Source of the DNA: Glaucostegus cemiculus
Taxonomy: Eukaryota
Reading direction: 5' to 3'
Length of the DNA: 64,000 bases
NCBI GenBank assembly: GCA_976551045.1
Contig: CDPCPM010000073.1
Span: forward strand, 38,502,001 to 38,566,000
The translations under genes and the position numbers were made by a program. The notes beneath the pieces were generated by a model. That model was not told where the DNA came from and did no database searches. It saw only the letters and a program-made list of their open reading frames with translations. Each line of letters begins with the position of its first letter. Within the stretch, counting starts at the first letter, position 1. This document shows, piece by piece, positions 1 to 10,635 of this stretch.

Positions 1-287
1 GAACCAGTGATTTGTAACTCAGTCACAGAGCAATGCTTGCTTTTTTTTATACACAGCATTGAACCATTTGTTTTCAGTTAATCAGCCCCTATGTTGAACA
101 AATTGTTCCCAAGCCACCTATCATTCTATCTTATTATCTTGAGACATAATAGGCATGCTAGAATAACTACAATAAGATTGCTTAAAAACAAAGCCGAAGT
201 AACAGAAACACAAGAATTTTAGACTAGCTTTAACTATTTTAATCTTAATTAACATCTTAACCTGCAAAGCCCACATTTTCTTGAATA

Positions 288-1525
288 TTCAAGGGAATGT
301 GGGTTTTGCAGGTTAAGCCAGTAGTTGTCTATTCCTAATCGTCTTTGAGAAGGTGGTGATGAGCTGCCTTCTTGAACTGCTGCAGTTTTTCAGGTATGGG
401 TTGCTGCTGGGGATTTTGACCGAGTGATGGTGAAGGAACGGTGATAAACTTCCAAGTCAGGATGGTGTGTGGCTTGGAGAGCAATTTCCAGATGATAGTG
501 TACCTATGCTTTTGCCAGTAGAGATCATGTGGTTAGGAGGTACAAATAAGTCTTGATGGGTTGCTGCAGTGCATCCTGTCGATGGTACAAGCTGCTGCGA
601 CTGTGCGTCAGTGGTGGAATGAGTGGTTGTGGATGGGGTGCCGACCAAGCAGGCTGCTCTGTCTTGTACAGTGTTGAACTACATGAGTGCTGTTGGAGCT
701 GGACTTAACCAGGCAAGTGGAGAGTAGTGCATCACACTCCTTACTTGAGCCTTATAGATGGTGGACAGGCTTTGAGGAATGAGGCAAGTTCCTAACCATT
801 GTCTATATGGCTACTCCAGATCAGTCTCTGGTCAACAGTAAATCCCATGATATTGATAGTGGAGGACACAACGATAATGCCATTGAACGGGTGATAATGG
901 ACTTTCTCTTGTTGGATATTGTCATTACCTGCACTTGCATGGCACAAAATGTTACCTGCCACTTATCAGCCCAGGTCTGGTCATCATCCAGGTCTTGCTG
1001 TACTTGGTTATGGACTGCTTCATTATCTGAGGAATCATGAATGGTGCTGGACATTGTGCAATAATCAGCAAACATCCTACTTCTGACCTTACAAATGAAG
1101 GATGGACATTGATGAAGCAGCTGAAGATGGTTGGGCCTATGACACAGCTCTGAGGAACTGCAGCAGAGAAGTCCCATGGCTGAGATGATTGACCTTAGAT
1201 CACAACCATCTTCCTTTGTGTTAAATATAATTTGACCAACAGAGTGTTTCCCCCCCAATCCCCATTGACTGCAGTTAAGGCTCCTTGATGCCATACTCTA
1301 TCAAATACCGCCTTGATGACAAGGGCAGTTACTCTGATTTCACCTGTGGAGTTCAGTTCTTTTGGCCATGTTTAGACTAAGGCTGTAGTGAGGTCAGGAG
1401 CCGAGTTGGCTCTGGCAGAACCCAAAGTAGATAGCACTATTAATTATCCCTTCCATCAATTTGCTGATAATCAAAAGTAAACTAATGGGACTGTAACTGG
1501 CCAGGTTACATTTGTCCTGCTCCTT
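288..1525 (-). mobile_element. Degraded, internally deleted CR1/L2-clade LINE
   Basis: ORF 821-1294 has an RT remnant (MFAD..., QQDLDDDQTWADKWQVTF). Its 3' end resembles the + strand fragment at ~23080-23260. Confidence 0.75.
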
Positions 1526-2323
1526 GAGGATAAATCGAAATTTCACCTAGTTATGTTTTTGTGAAATGAATACTTCACCGATCTTGGTGGCAGATGAGTT
1601 CATTGGAAAGTGTTATAACAAGTGGAAAGGCATTTCATACCTTCCCTCTAATTAATGGTTAAGTGGCCTTTTACAAGAAGATATGCATTTCTATAGAACC
1701 TTCAATTTCACCCAAAGCATTTTTCTTACAACATGTCTTTATTACTGTAACATAGGAAATGTAGCAGCAAATTTGCTCATATCAAGTTTCCATAACATGA
1801 GAATGATCAGATGGTTATTTTTCAGTTATATTGATCTAGAGAGAAATATTGTCCAAGACACCAGGAATAATTACACTGCTATTTTGAAGTTGATGTGGGC
1901 ATGAATGACCCGGCTCTCAGAGAAAGCATGGTCCCAGTCTAAGGATTGTGAAAGAAATGGAACCAAGGTTCCAGGTCAAAGAACCTTTATTAATAAAGGG
2001 TTTGAGCTTAAGTATTGGGCCTATTCCTTCCCACCAATGCTGCCTGACTTCCTGAGCATTTCCACATTTTCTATTTTAGCTTTCCAGCATCTGCTGTTTG
2101 TTTCATTTTCATTTAAGGAGTGTGAAAGTGCTTTTGAAGGAGAAATCTGTCCCCACCCACCCCCCAATCAGTACTCTATCAAAGTCTCAAACTTTATTCC
2201 GGTGAAGTTTCTGCAGACAAACTTAAATCTACCACTTTCTGACTTGGGTCGCCACTCTAAGAGGTATTGTGTTTTGTTGTTAAAAGTGCTGGAAGATACT
2301 ATGTTTTTGTTTTGTCCCATCAG

Positions 2324-4402
2324 GTCATCAGAAGAAGTTTATGCTCGCCGTGAAGAAGCTGGCCGAAATCCAACGAGCTTCCAGGTACGACTCGGGCACC
2401 CTGAAGAAGAAAGCCCCGCAGTCGTTGGAGATTGTGGCCATCGAGTCTCCTCAAGGCGAGAATGCCGAATGCCAGTCTCCCAAAATGTCCACCTTCCAAG
2501 ACAGTGAGTTGAGCAACGAGCTGCAAGTAGCCATGACCAGCGCCGGCGAGGCCAAGGACCAAAGGCAAGTGGGCAACCACGCGGCACCTGCTCCGGAAAG
2601 CGCAGCCCACCACCCGCCGGGGGCTGGCCAGGAAGGTGACAATGGCACTGGGAGCAAGGCCAAGGCAAATGGCACCGCTCCGGACATGCCAGGAGCCGGG
2701 AACCACCTGCAGAGAGCCGCCCTGTCCAAGAGCCAGGAGAACCTGGACGCGCCCGGCCACCGGCCCGGCTTCGTCGACCACCTCGGCCCTGCCAAGCGGG
2801 CACACCGCCAAGGGGTACAGAGGGCCAGCGTGCCCCCGGCACCAGGGAAGCCAAGGGGACCCTTGCCCCACGGGCACCACCAAGCCATGGTCGCCATGTC
2901 CACCTTCACGCCGCCGCAGACCCCGACCAAGCCCGGGCCGTGCTCGCCTCAGACCCTCAACGTGCCCCAGGCCACGGCCAAGGTCAAGCCCATCCCGCAG
3001 CTGCTGCAGGCCGAGCGGCCCATGTCGCCGCGCTCGCCCACCCACCGGGGCTTCGCCTACGTGATCCCGCAGCCGGCCGAGGCCGCCGAGGGCACGCCGG
3101 TGGTGCCGGTGCTGCGCCTGCCGCCGCCTCAGGCCGACGAGGCGGCGGCGGCCTCCTCCTCCCCCCACCACCACCACCACCACCACCACCACGACCCGGC
3201 CAGGCCCAAGAAGCGGGCCCACAGCCTGAGCCGCTACGCCGTGTCGGACAGCGAGCAGGAGAAGGACGAGCTGACGGTGCCCGACGCCGGACCCTACGCC
3301 ACCATCCAGCGGCGGGTGGCCAGGAGTCACTCGGCCCGGGCCCCGCCGCCCGCCGACGCCGGCGTCAACCGGAGCCAGTCGTTCGCGCTGAGGCCGAGGA
3401 AGAAAGGGCCGCCGCCGCCACCCCCCAAGCGCTCCAGCTCCGCCATCTCCAGCACTAACCTGGCCGACGACTTGTCACGACCCGGCACCTGCGAGGAGGA
3501 GGCGGCGGCGGCGGCCGACGGTCAGCGGCGGGCCAGCGGCCCCGGAGCGGTGGAGACGGGCAGCGCGGGAAGCGTCCGCTCCATCGCCGCCATGTTGGAG
3601 CTGTCGTCGATCGGCGGCGGGGCGCGGGCCCTGTCGCTGCGCCGCTCCTTCAAGGGGCAGAAGCTTCTCGAAGGCGGCGGCGGCGGCCCCCCCACTCCCG
3701 CCGAGCCCGCCCGGGTGGCGGTGGCCACGCCGCTGGCGGCCGCCGTCAAGCGCGGGCCCCGCGACGCCATCGGCCTCGACGGCGAGGTGATCAACCGGCG
3801 GAGGACCATCAGCGGCCCGGTCACCGGGCTGATCGCGGCCGCCCGGCGGGACAAGGCGGAGGCCGAGGCGGCGGCCCGCGAAGGTCCGGCCGAGAGCCTG
3901 CCGTTCGCCGAGGAAGGTAACCTGACCATCAAGCAGAGGCCGCGGCAGCCCGGCGCCTCCAAGGCCGAGGCCGACATGAGGCCTCCGCCCTCGGGCCTGA
4001 CGCCCTTCGAGCTGAGGAGAGCCAAGGCCAGGCCCGGCGGCCAGGAGGCGGCCGCCTTCCACCTCATCGAGTCGAGCACGGTGAAGCGGAGGCCGAAAGC
4101 CCGGGGGGCCGAGTCGCCGCCGCCCCCGCCGCCGCCCGACGCCCAGCTCCACAACGGCACGGCCGCCTTCAAGAGGAGGCCCGCGTCCGACATGGCCGAG
4201 GGCGAGACCTACCCGAGCTTCCTCACCGTCGGGGACCTGCCGCGGAGGAACAGCGAGCAGGGCCCGCCGGCGGCCAACGGCGAGGCCCGGAGGCCCGTCA
4301 AGCCGCCCGTCTCCCCCAAGCCATCCATCAGCCAGCCGGCCAAGAGGCCCGGGCCGCCGCCGGCCACTCGGAAGTCCCCGCTGCCCGGCCCTGCTAGTCC
4401 AG
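2324..4402 (+). CDS. CASKIN1: CASKIN1 large coding exon: end of second SAM domain plus proline-rich region
   Basis: Acceptor tttgtcccatcag|GT at 2323/2324. Reads (G)HQKKFMLAVKKLAEIQ...KAPQSLEIVAIESP...CQSPKMSTFQDSELS, with Caskin motifs PKKRAHSL, YATIQRR, RSQSFA, PPPPPKRSSS, RRRTISGPVTGL, LPFAEEGNLTIKQRP. Donor CCAG|gtacc at 4402/4403. Confidence 0.95.
3166..3192 (+). repeat. (CAC)9 coding microsatellite, poly-His
   Basis: Direct reading. Confidence 0.95.
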
Positions 4403-4950
4403 GTACCGCTCACACCATCACATTGCACTCCCTTTATTTATTTATTTATTTATTTAACTCCCTTCAACCTCACCTCCAAAGGCAAACTTTCTTCTGACTC
4501 TGTTGCAGCCTCATCAGAATTTTTATCCCCTCCCTAGGCCCGCCCAAAGGGGCGTCACTGGCTATTGGTATTGGATTATTGTTGTCACATGCACTGAGAT
4601 ACAGTGAAAATATTTGGTCTGCATGTCATCCAGACAGATCATTCCACACAGAAGTGCTTGGAGGTAGTACAGAAGGGGGGGGAAATGCAGACTGTAGTGT
4701 TACAGTTAAGGGGAAAGTGCAGTGCAGGTGCACAAATAAGGCGCAAAGTCAAAGTATTATTGTCACTCGTACCGAGGTTCAGTGAAAAACTTGTCTTGCA
4801 TACGGTTCGTGCAGGTCAATTCATTACACGGTGCATATCATTGCGTTGAGGTAGCACTGGTTAAAAAAAGACAGACAAGAAGAGTGAAGTGTCACAGCTC
4901 CAGGGAAGTGCATTGCAGGTAGACAACAAGGTGCAAGGTCAAAACGAGGC

Positions 4951-5251
4951 ATAAGGTTTAAGATATTTATTTATTAGTCGCGTGTAGATAGAAACACGCA
5001 GTGAAATGTGTCATTTTGCATTACTGAGAATGTGCTGGGGGGCAGCCCACAAGTGTCGTCACACTTCCGGCACCAACATAGCATGCCCACAGCTCCTAAC
5101 CCGTATGCGGGAGGAAACCGGAGCACCCGGAGGAAACCCACGCAGACACGGGGAGAATGTACAAACTCCTTACAAACAGCGACGGGAATTGAACCTGGGT
5201 CGCTGGCGCTGTAAGAGCGTTATGCTAATCGCTACACTACCGACCCTGCCC
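4951..5251 (-). mobile_element. tRNA-derived V-SINE (HE1-like head)
   Basis: A/B boxes and V-domain GGAGTTTGTACATTCTCCCCGTGTCTGCGTGGGTTTCCTCCGGGTGCTCCGG on the minus strand. Confidence 0.85.
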
Positions 5252-6655
5252 AAGGCCTGGGAGGGAGGGGATAAAAATTCTGATGAGGCTGCAACAGTGT
5301 CAAAGGCAAGTTTGCCTTTGGAGGTGAAACAAGGTAGATTGTGAGGTCAAGAGTCCATCTCAACGTATAAGGGAACCGTTACCTTATCACCATGGGATAG
5401 AAGCTGTCCTTGAGCCTGGTGGTACATGCCCTCAGGCTCCTGTATCTTCTGCCTGATGGGAGAGGAGAGAATGACCCAGCTGGGTGGGGTCTTTGATTAT
5501 GCTGGCTGCTTCATCAAGGCATTGTCATGTGCACAAGTACATGTGTGCACAGGTGCAATGAAAAACTTACTTATAGCAGCATCACAGGCACATAGCTTCT
5601 TATAAGCAGCATTCACAAGAAAATCATAAACATAAATTATACACAATTTTTACAAGAAAGAACACAATTACAAGAACACAATTAGAACAGTAAAAAAAGT
5701 CAATTTTAGTGCAAAGTGATCAAAGTGGTCATGGTGTTGCTAAACTGTAGTGATTAGGGTTGTGCTGGTTGGTTCAAGAACCAAATAGTTGAAGGGAGGT
5801 AGTTTTTCTTGAACCTGGTGGTGTGGGACTTCAAGCTTCTGTACCTCCTTCCCGATGGCAGCTCTGAGAAGATGGAATGCCCTGGATGGTGGAGATCTTT
5901 GATGATGGATGTTGCCTTCTTGAGGCAGCGCCTCCTGTAGATATTACTGATAGTGGGGAGGGATGTGCCCGTGATGTATTAGGCTGAGTCCACTGCTCTC
6001 TGCAGCTTCTTATGTTCCTGCACATTTGAATTGCCAAGGTTCCTAATGAGGCAGATTGGGAGATTAAGAATTGGAATTAGTTTATTATTGTTACATGTAC
6101 CCAGATACATTGAAAAACCTTTGTTGACATGCCATCCAGACAGATCATGCCATATTTAAATATACTGAGGTAGTAAAAAGGAAAACAGAATGCAGAATAT
6201 AGTGCTGCAGCTACAGGGAAAATTCAGTGCAGTTAAAAAATAAGGTGCAAGGTCCACAACGAGGTAGGTTGGGAAATCAAGAATTGGAATTGGTTTATTA
6301 TTGTCCCATGTACCGAGATACAGTGAAAAGCTTTGGATTGTGTGCCATCCAGACAGATTATTCTATACATAAGTACACCAAGGAGTTAAAAAAGAAAACA
6401 GAATGCAAGAAATGGTAATGTAATTTTTAATTGGTTTATTATTGTCGCATGAACTGAGATGCAGTGAAAACCTTTGTTTGCATGCCATCCAGACAGATCA
6501 TTCCATGTGTAAGTACACTAAGGTAGTACAAGAGGAAAAAAAGAATGCAGAATATAGTATTACAGTTACAAAGAAAGTGCAGTGCAGGTAAACAAATAAA
6601 GTGCAAAGGCCACGACGAAGTAGATTGGAATATATCTTTCACGTTTCATTCAAGA

Positions 6656-7539
6656 ATCAGAATCAGTTTATTGTCACTTTCATGTATACATGAAGGTGAG
6701 ATATCGTACTCCACAGGCCAATGTGCAAAAGACATTAAGGACAATAAAAGACAACAGGACAAAAACATCAAAACATTGGAGCCGCATGGACTTCGGTCTG
6801 CTGGTACAACACGTCTTCCAGAACCTCAACATTACACCTCCCAGCCCCAGCCTCACCCCGCACCGACGACCACCTCCAGCCCCCGCAGTCCTACAACCTC
6901 CGGGCCCACAGTCCAACAACAACCTCCAGGCCCCGCAGTCCAACAACAACCTCCGGCCCCGCAGTCCAACAACAACCTCCGGCCCCGCAGTCCGACCACC
7001 TCCGGCCCCGCAGTCCGACCACCTCCGGCTCCTTCACCTCCGGCTCCGCAGTCCGACGACCTCCAGCCCCGCAGGCCGACGACCTCCGGCTCCTTCACCT
7101 CTGGCTCCACAGTCCGACGACCTCCGGCCCCGCAGTCCGACGACCTCCGGCCCCGCAGGCCGATGACCTCCGGCTCCTTCACCTCCGGCCCCGCAGTCCG
7201 ACGACCTCCGGCCCCGCAGTCCGACGACCTCCGACTCCGCAGGCCGACCACCTCTGGCCCGGGCAGCCCCCTCACCGCCCGCATCCTGACGCCACCACGA
7301 GGATCCAGGGCCTTCAACACGCTGTCACCTCCGATGAGCTCCGACGAGCTGTCGGTGCCATCAGCACAGACAACGACTCCATAAAACGAACACCAAGCAC
7401 ACAAACATTAAGAACAAACATCAGGAACAAAGAACACACAAAAAGAAACAGCACAAAAACACTAAAAGACTAACAAAAAACACAAAGCACTACAGACCCG
7501 GGAGAGGCCGCTGCAACTGTGTGTGCCGCCATCTTGGAT
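6656..7539 (-). mobile_element. GC-rich tandem-repeat non-autonomous retroposon, copy 1 (probably full length)
   Basis: Starts ATCCAAGATGGCGGC, ends AATAAAC(TGATTC)n, contains internal 23-nt repeats, flanked by AAGA on both sides; second copy at 38823-39517. Confidence 0.7.
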
Positions 7540-10339
7540 AAGAGCCTGATAATAGCGGGATGGAAGCTGCCCTTGAGTCTGGTGGTATGCCTTCTGCCTG
7601 ATGGGAGAGGGGAGAAGAGTGACTGACCAGGGTAGGAAGGGCCCTTGATTATTTTCCAAAGGCATCAGGAAGTGTAGAGAGAGTCAATGGAGGAGAGGCT
7701 GCTTTGCATGATGGACTGGGCTGCATACCAATGAGAACCTTCAGGAGTACTCAGTGCTGAAAGAAATGTAGCAGCCAAATTTCTACACAGCAGGATCCTG
7801 CTGACAGGAGGGTGACCATGAGACCCAGATGTTCACCTTTAGATTAGATTAAGTTAGATGAATTTATTGTCATTTACACCAGTGTGCAGTGAAATTCCTT
7901 GTTTGCATGAAGCTCACAGAGTAAACAGTGTACATGTTAAATAATAAGTACAACAATGAATACAGTGACAAGCCCAAAACAGCAGAATGGTGCAGTGATT
8001 GTAGTGCAAAAAGAAATGCTAAATTTTCAATAACGGAATAACCAAGAGAGGTAATGTTAAAGGTTTGAATTGGCATCATGCGACTCTGGGTTTGAAAGTT
8101 GACAGTGGCTAATTCTTGACCGCCTTGCATCACGCTGTAAATCAGAAGCAGCTAATTTCAGCACAGCAAGATCCCACTAACAGGAGGGTGACCACAATGC
8201 CCAAATGTCAACCAGTATGGTGCAGCATGGTTTGTCTTGGCATCAGGCCAAACCAGAGTGAAACACAGCAGCGGCCAATTCTGGACCATCTGGTGTTACC
8301 CTGGAAATCTGAAGCAGACAATTTGAGCACAGCAAGGTCCCACAAGCAACAGGGTTCCCACAACGATCAGATGTTGGCCTAGGTATTCCACTGAGCAATG
8401 ACACTTTGTTTCCGTGCCTTGAGGTAGAAAACAGGTTCTGTATTGACTGAAATTCTGCCTAATGCCACCTAATGAGTGCCCTCCTAATATCTGGCTAATT
8501 TCTTTCTGCTGTGGAAGCTAGTCCACATTGGCTTGACAACAACTGTAGTCGGTCACTCTCAGGACAAGCATGTTCACATTGAGCAGGCTGGACTGGGTCC
8601 TCATTAAGAAGGATTGTCCTCTGTCCTTTGTCATCTCCTACCCAACCCCACACGACCCAAATTCACCCTGTATTTCTGGTTGGCTCCAGTTCTAATCTCT
8701 ACCCCAACATCTCACTTGTGCAGCTAATTCCCAACTCCAGCCCCAAACAGCCTCTGAAGTTGCACCCCCTTCTCCCAGGCTCTACCAGGCCTCTAGTGCA
8801 GTGAGCACTCCAGCTAGTTACTGCATAGCAAGTTCCCACACATAGCAACCTGATAATGACCAGATATTGAGCAACAATTCAGTTGCACAATGCTGTTTAC
8901 TTCAGTGTTGTACAGTTGAAAATAAACTTTACCCAAAGTGAAACAATTATAAACATTTCACATCACTCCAGAAACTTGACTGTCCATTCCTGGGACAAGA
9001 CGCATGTGGACATACGATGCAATTTCTGTATCAGATAGGCATAAAATGATACTATTGCCTTTGGAAGGTTGCTGGGGAAATTAGTCCAAGTTATCCTTGG
9101 ACCATTTGTCATCAGTCACACCTGGAACCACCAGGATGATATTGCACAAATTTAGTGTGGGACCCTACTAAAGTAATTTATCACTTGCCCTTTATCCTTC
9201 AGGCTCCCTGTCCTTCCTGGATCCCACCGATGATTATTTGATTGTCCCTAGTCCTGACTATCCCTCCCCATCCCTGATCATCCCTCGCCCAGCTCCCCCA
9301 TTTCTCTGACCATTTATTTCCTTGAACTCCTCAATTCCACAACATCTGTTCCTCACCCACACCCCCTTCCTGGCCCCAGGCAGTCTCTAACGCAGGTCTC
9401 AACTGGCCACCAATGCGGGCTGCATCCTATTACCTCTGATCAAGATCCAGCAAACAACAGCGTGATAATGACCAAATACCGGCTTTGAAATTTGACTGTG
9501 GAGTGCAGGTTATTTCAGCATCACTCCATTAAAAATGGACTCTTCCCAGAGTGAAATGTGACAATCAATTCTGGGTCATTTCATATCACTTTGGAGATTT
9601 GACTGGGCTTGAATCATCTGGAGAGTTTTTTTAATCATACCCTGGACCCCATTCAGTTAAGCCCCATTATTTTCAATCTACCTTTCAAGCCCCCAAGCCC
9701 TGACTGTCCTCTGATGCAGCAGCACTATGCATCCCCCAGCTCCAGCCACTCCCCAGATATCAGTCAGTCCTCCTGTTTCCCCAGACCACAGGCCTGACTG
9801 AAGTTTGGGACAATCTCTGAAAGCAGTCTCTGGAAGGTTGCCTAACAACCAAATAATGTCATATCACAAATTCCAGGCCAGTTGGTTTTAGTAACATTGT
9901 TTGAGGGCTAAATATTGACTAGAACACACTGATTCCCCTCTCCCCACCACCAGCCCCTGCCTGCAACTCTTTTTCAAAATAGTGCCTTGGCTCTTTTAAA
10001 TGCACCCAAGAGAGCAGATGGTATGTTAGTGTAACATCACCTCCCAAAAACAGTTCCTCTGAGCATGCTGCACCTTCTCAATACTTCATTGGGAGTGACA
10101 GACTAGAGTGTTATGTCCATTTAGGTCACCCGCAGCTATTGTAAATTACCCCTTAATGTAGGTAAGTGCAAAAAGATCAAAGGGGATCTTTGGTGAGCAA
10201 GTGAGAGAATTAAGTGGCTCATCCTCTGGGAATTAAGCAGAAGAGGGATGGAGTTGATGGGATTGCTGTGTTCGGAGCCTGCATTGACCCGATAGGCCAA
10301 ATCAATTTCCAGTTATAAAATTCAAGTTTGTTAATGATT

Positions 10340-10635
10340 GCTTTCAGACAAGATGTTAAGTCAAGGCCTTATCTGTTCTCTCAGGTAAAGGAGATGTAAA
10401 AGATCCCATAGCACTATTTTGAACAAGAGGAGGGAGTTGTCCCTGGTGTTCTGACTAATATTTATCCCTCAATCAATATCGCTAATGCAGATCATCTGAT
10501 CATTACCACATTGATGTGTGTGGGAATTTGCTGTATGCAGATCGGCTGCCATGCTTCCTATATAACAACAGTATTTAACAGGCAGTAAAGCACTTGGAAC
10601 ATCCAAGGCCACGTAGGGTGCTGTAGAATTGAAGT
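10340..10635 (+). mobile_element. Ancient Deu-domain SINE remnant (SacSINE1-like)
   Basis: gatgtaaaagatcccatagcactattttgaa...gggagttgtccctggtgttctgactaatatttatccctcaatcaa. Minus-strand relatives at ~1680-1900, 9840-10120, 16350-16660, 17480-18110, 41390-41640. Confidence 0.6.

Larger units (their letters stand above)
4562..7735 (-). mobile_element. Cluster of Rex1/Babar-like LINE 3' fragments with nested insertions
   Basis: Repeated ends of the type ttggtttattattgtcacatgtaccgagatacagtgaaaa at ~4562, 4750, 5521, 6070, 6282 and 6431; C-terminal RT remnant at 5800-6035. Confidence 0.75.

Noticed and set aside
1-2323. Earlier CASKIN1 SAM-domain exon
   Set aside because: No matching peptide found; the region is mostly LINE/SINE remnants
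2320-4428. Long antisense and alternate-frame ORFs (up to 336 aa) over the CASKIN1 exon
   Set aside because: Expected shadow frames of a very GC-rich exon; low-complexity Arg/Gly/Ala translations with no recognisable domain
2341-4497. 718-aa ORF as a standalone single-exon gene
   Set aside because: It is an internal CASKIN1 exon with clear splice sites at 2324 and 4402; the ORF tail runs into the intron
6880-7260. CRISPR-like array
   Set aside because: Units are directly tandem without unique spacers, the context is vertebrate, and there are no cas genes
6545-7384. Mucin-like or viral-like Pro/Ser/Thr protein gene
   Set aside because: Translation of a minisatellite inside a dispersed repeat; no splice or domain support
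7325-7385. Hammerhead core in the GC-rich element (ccgatgag...)
   Set aside because: CUGA is not intact and there is no correctly placed GAAA or stems
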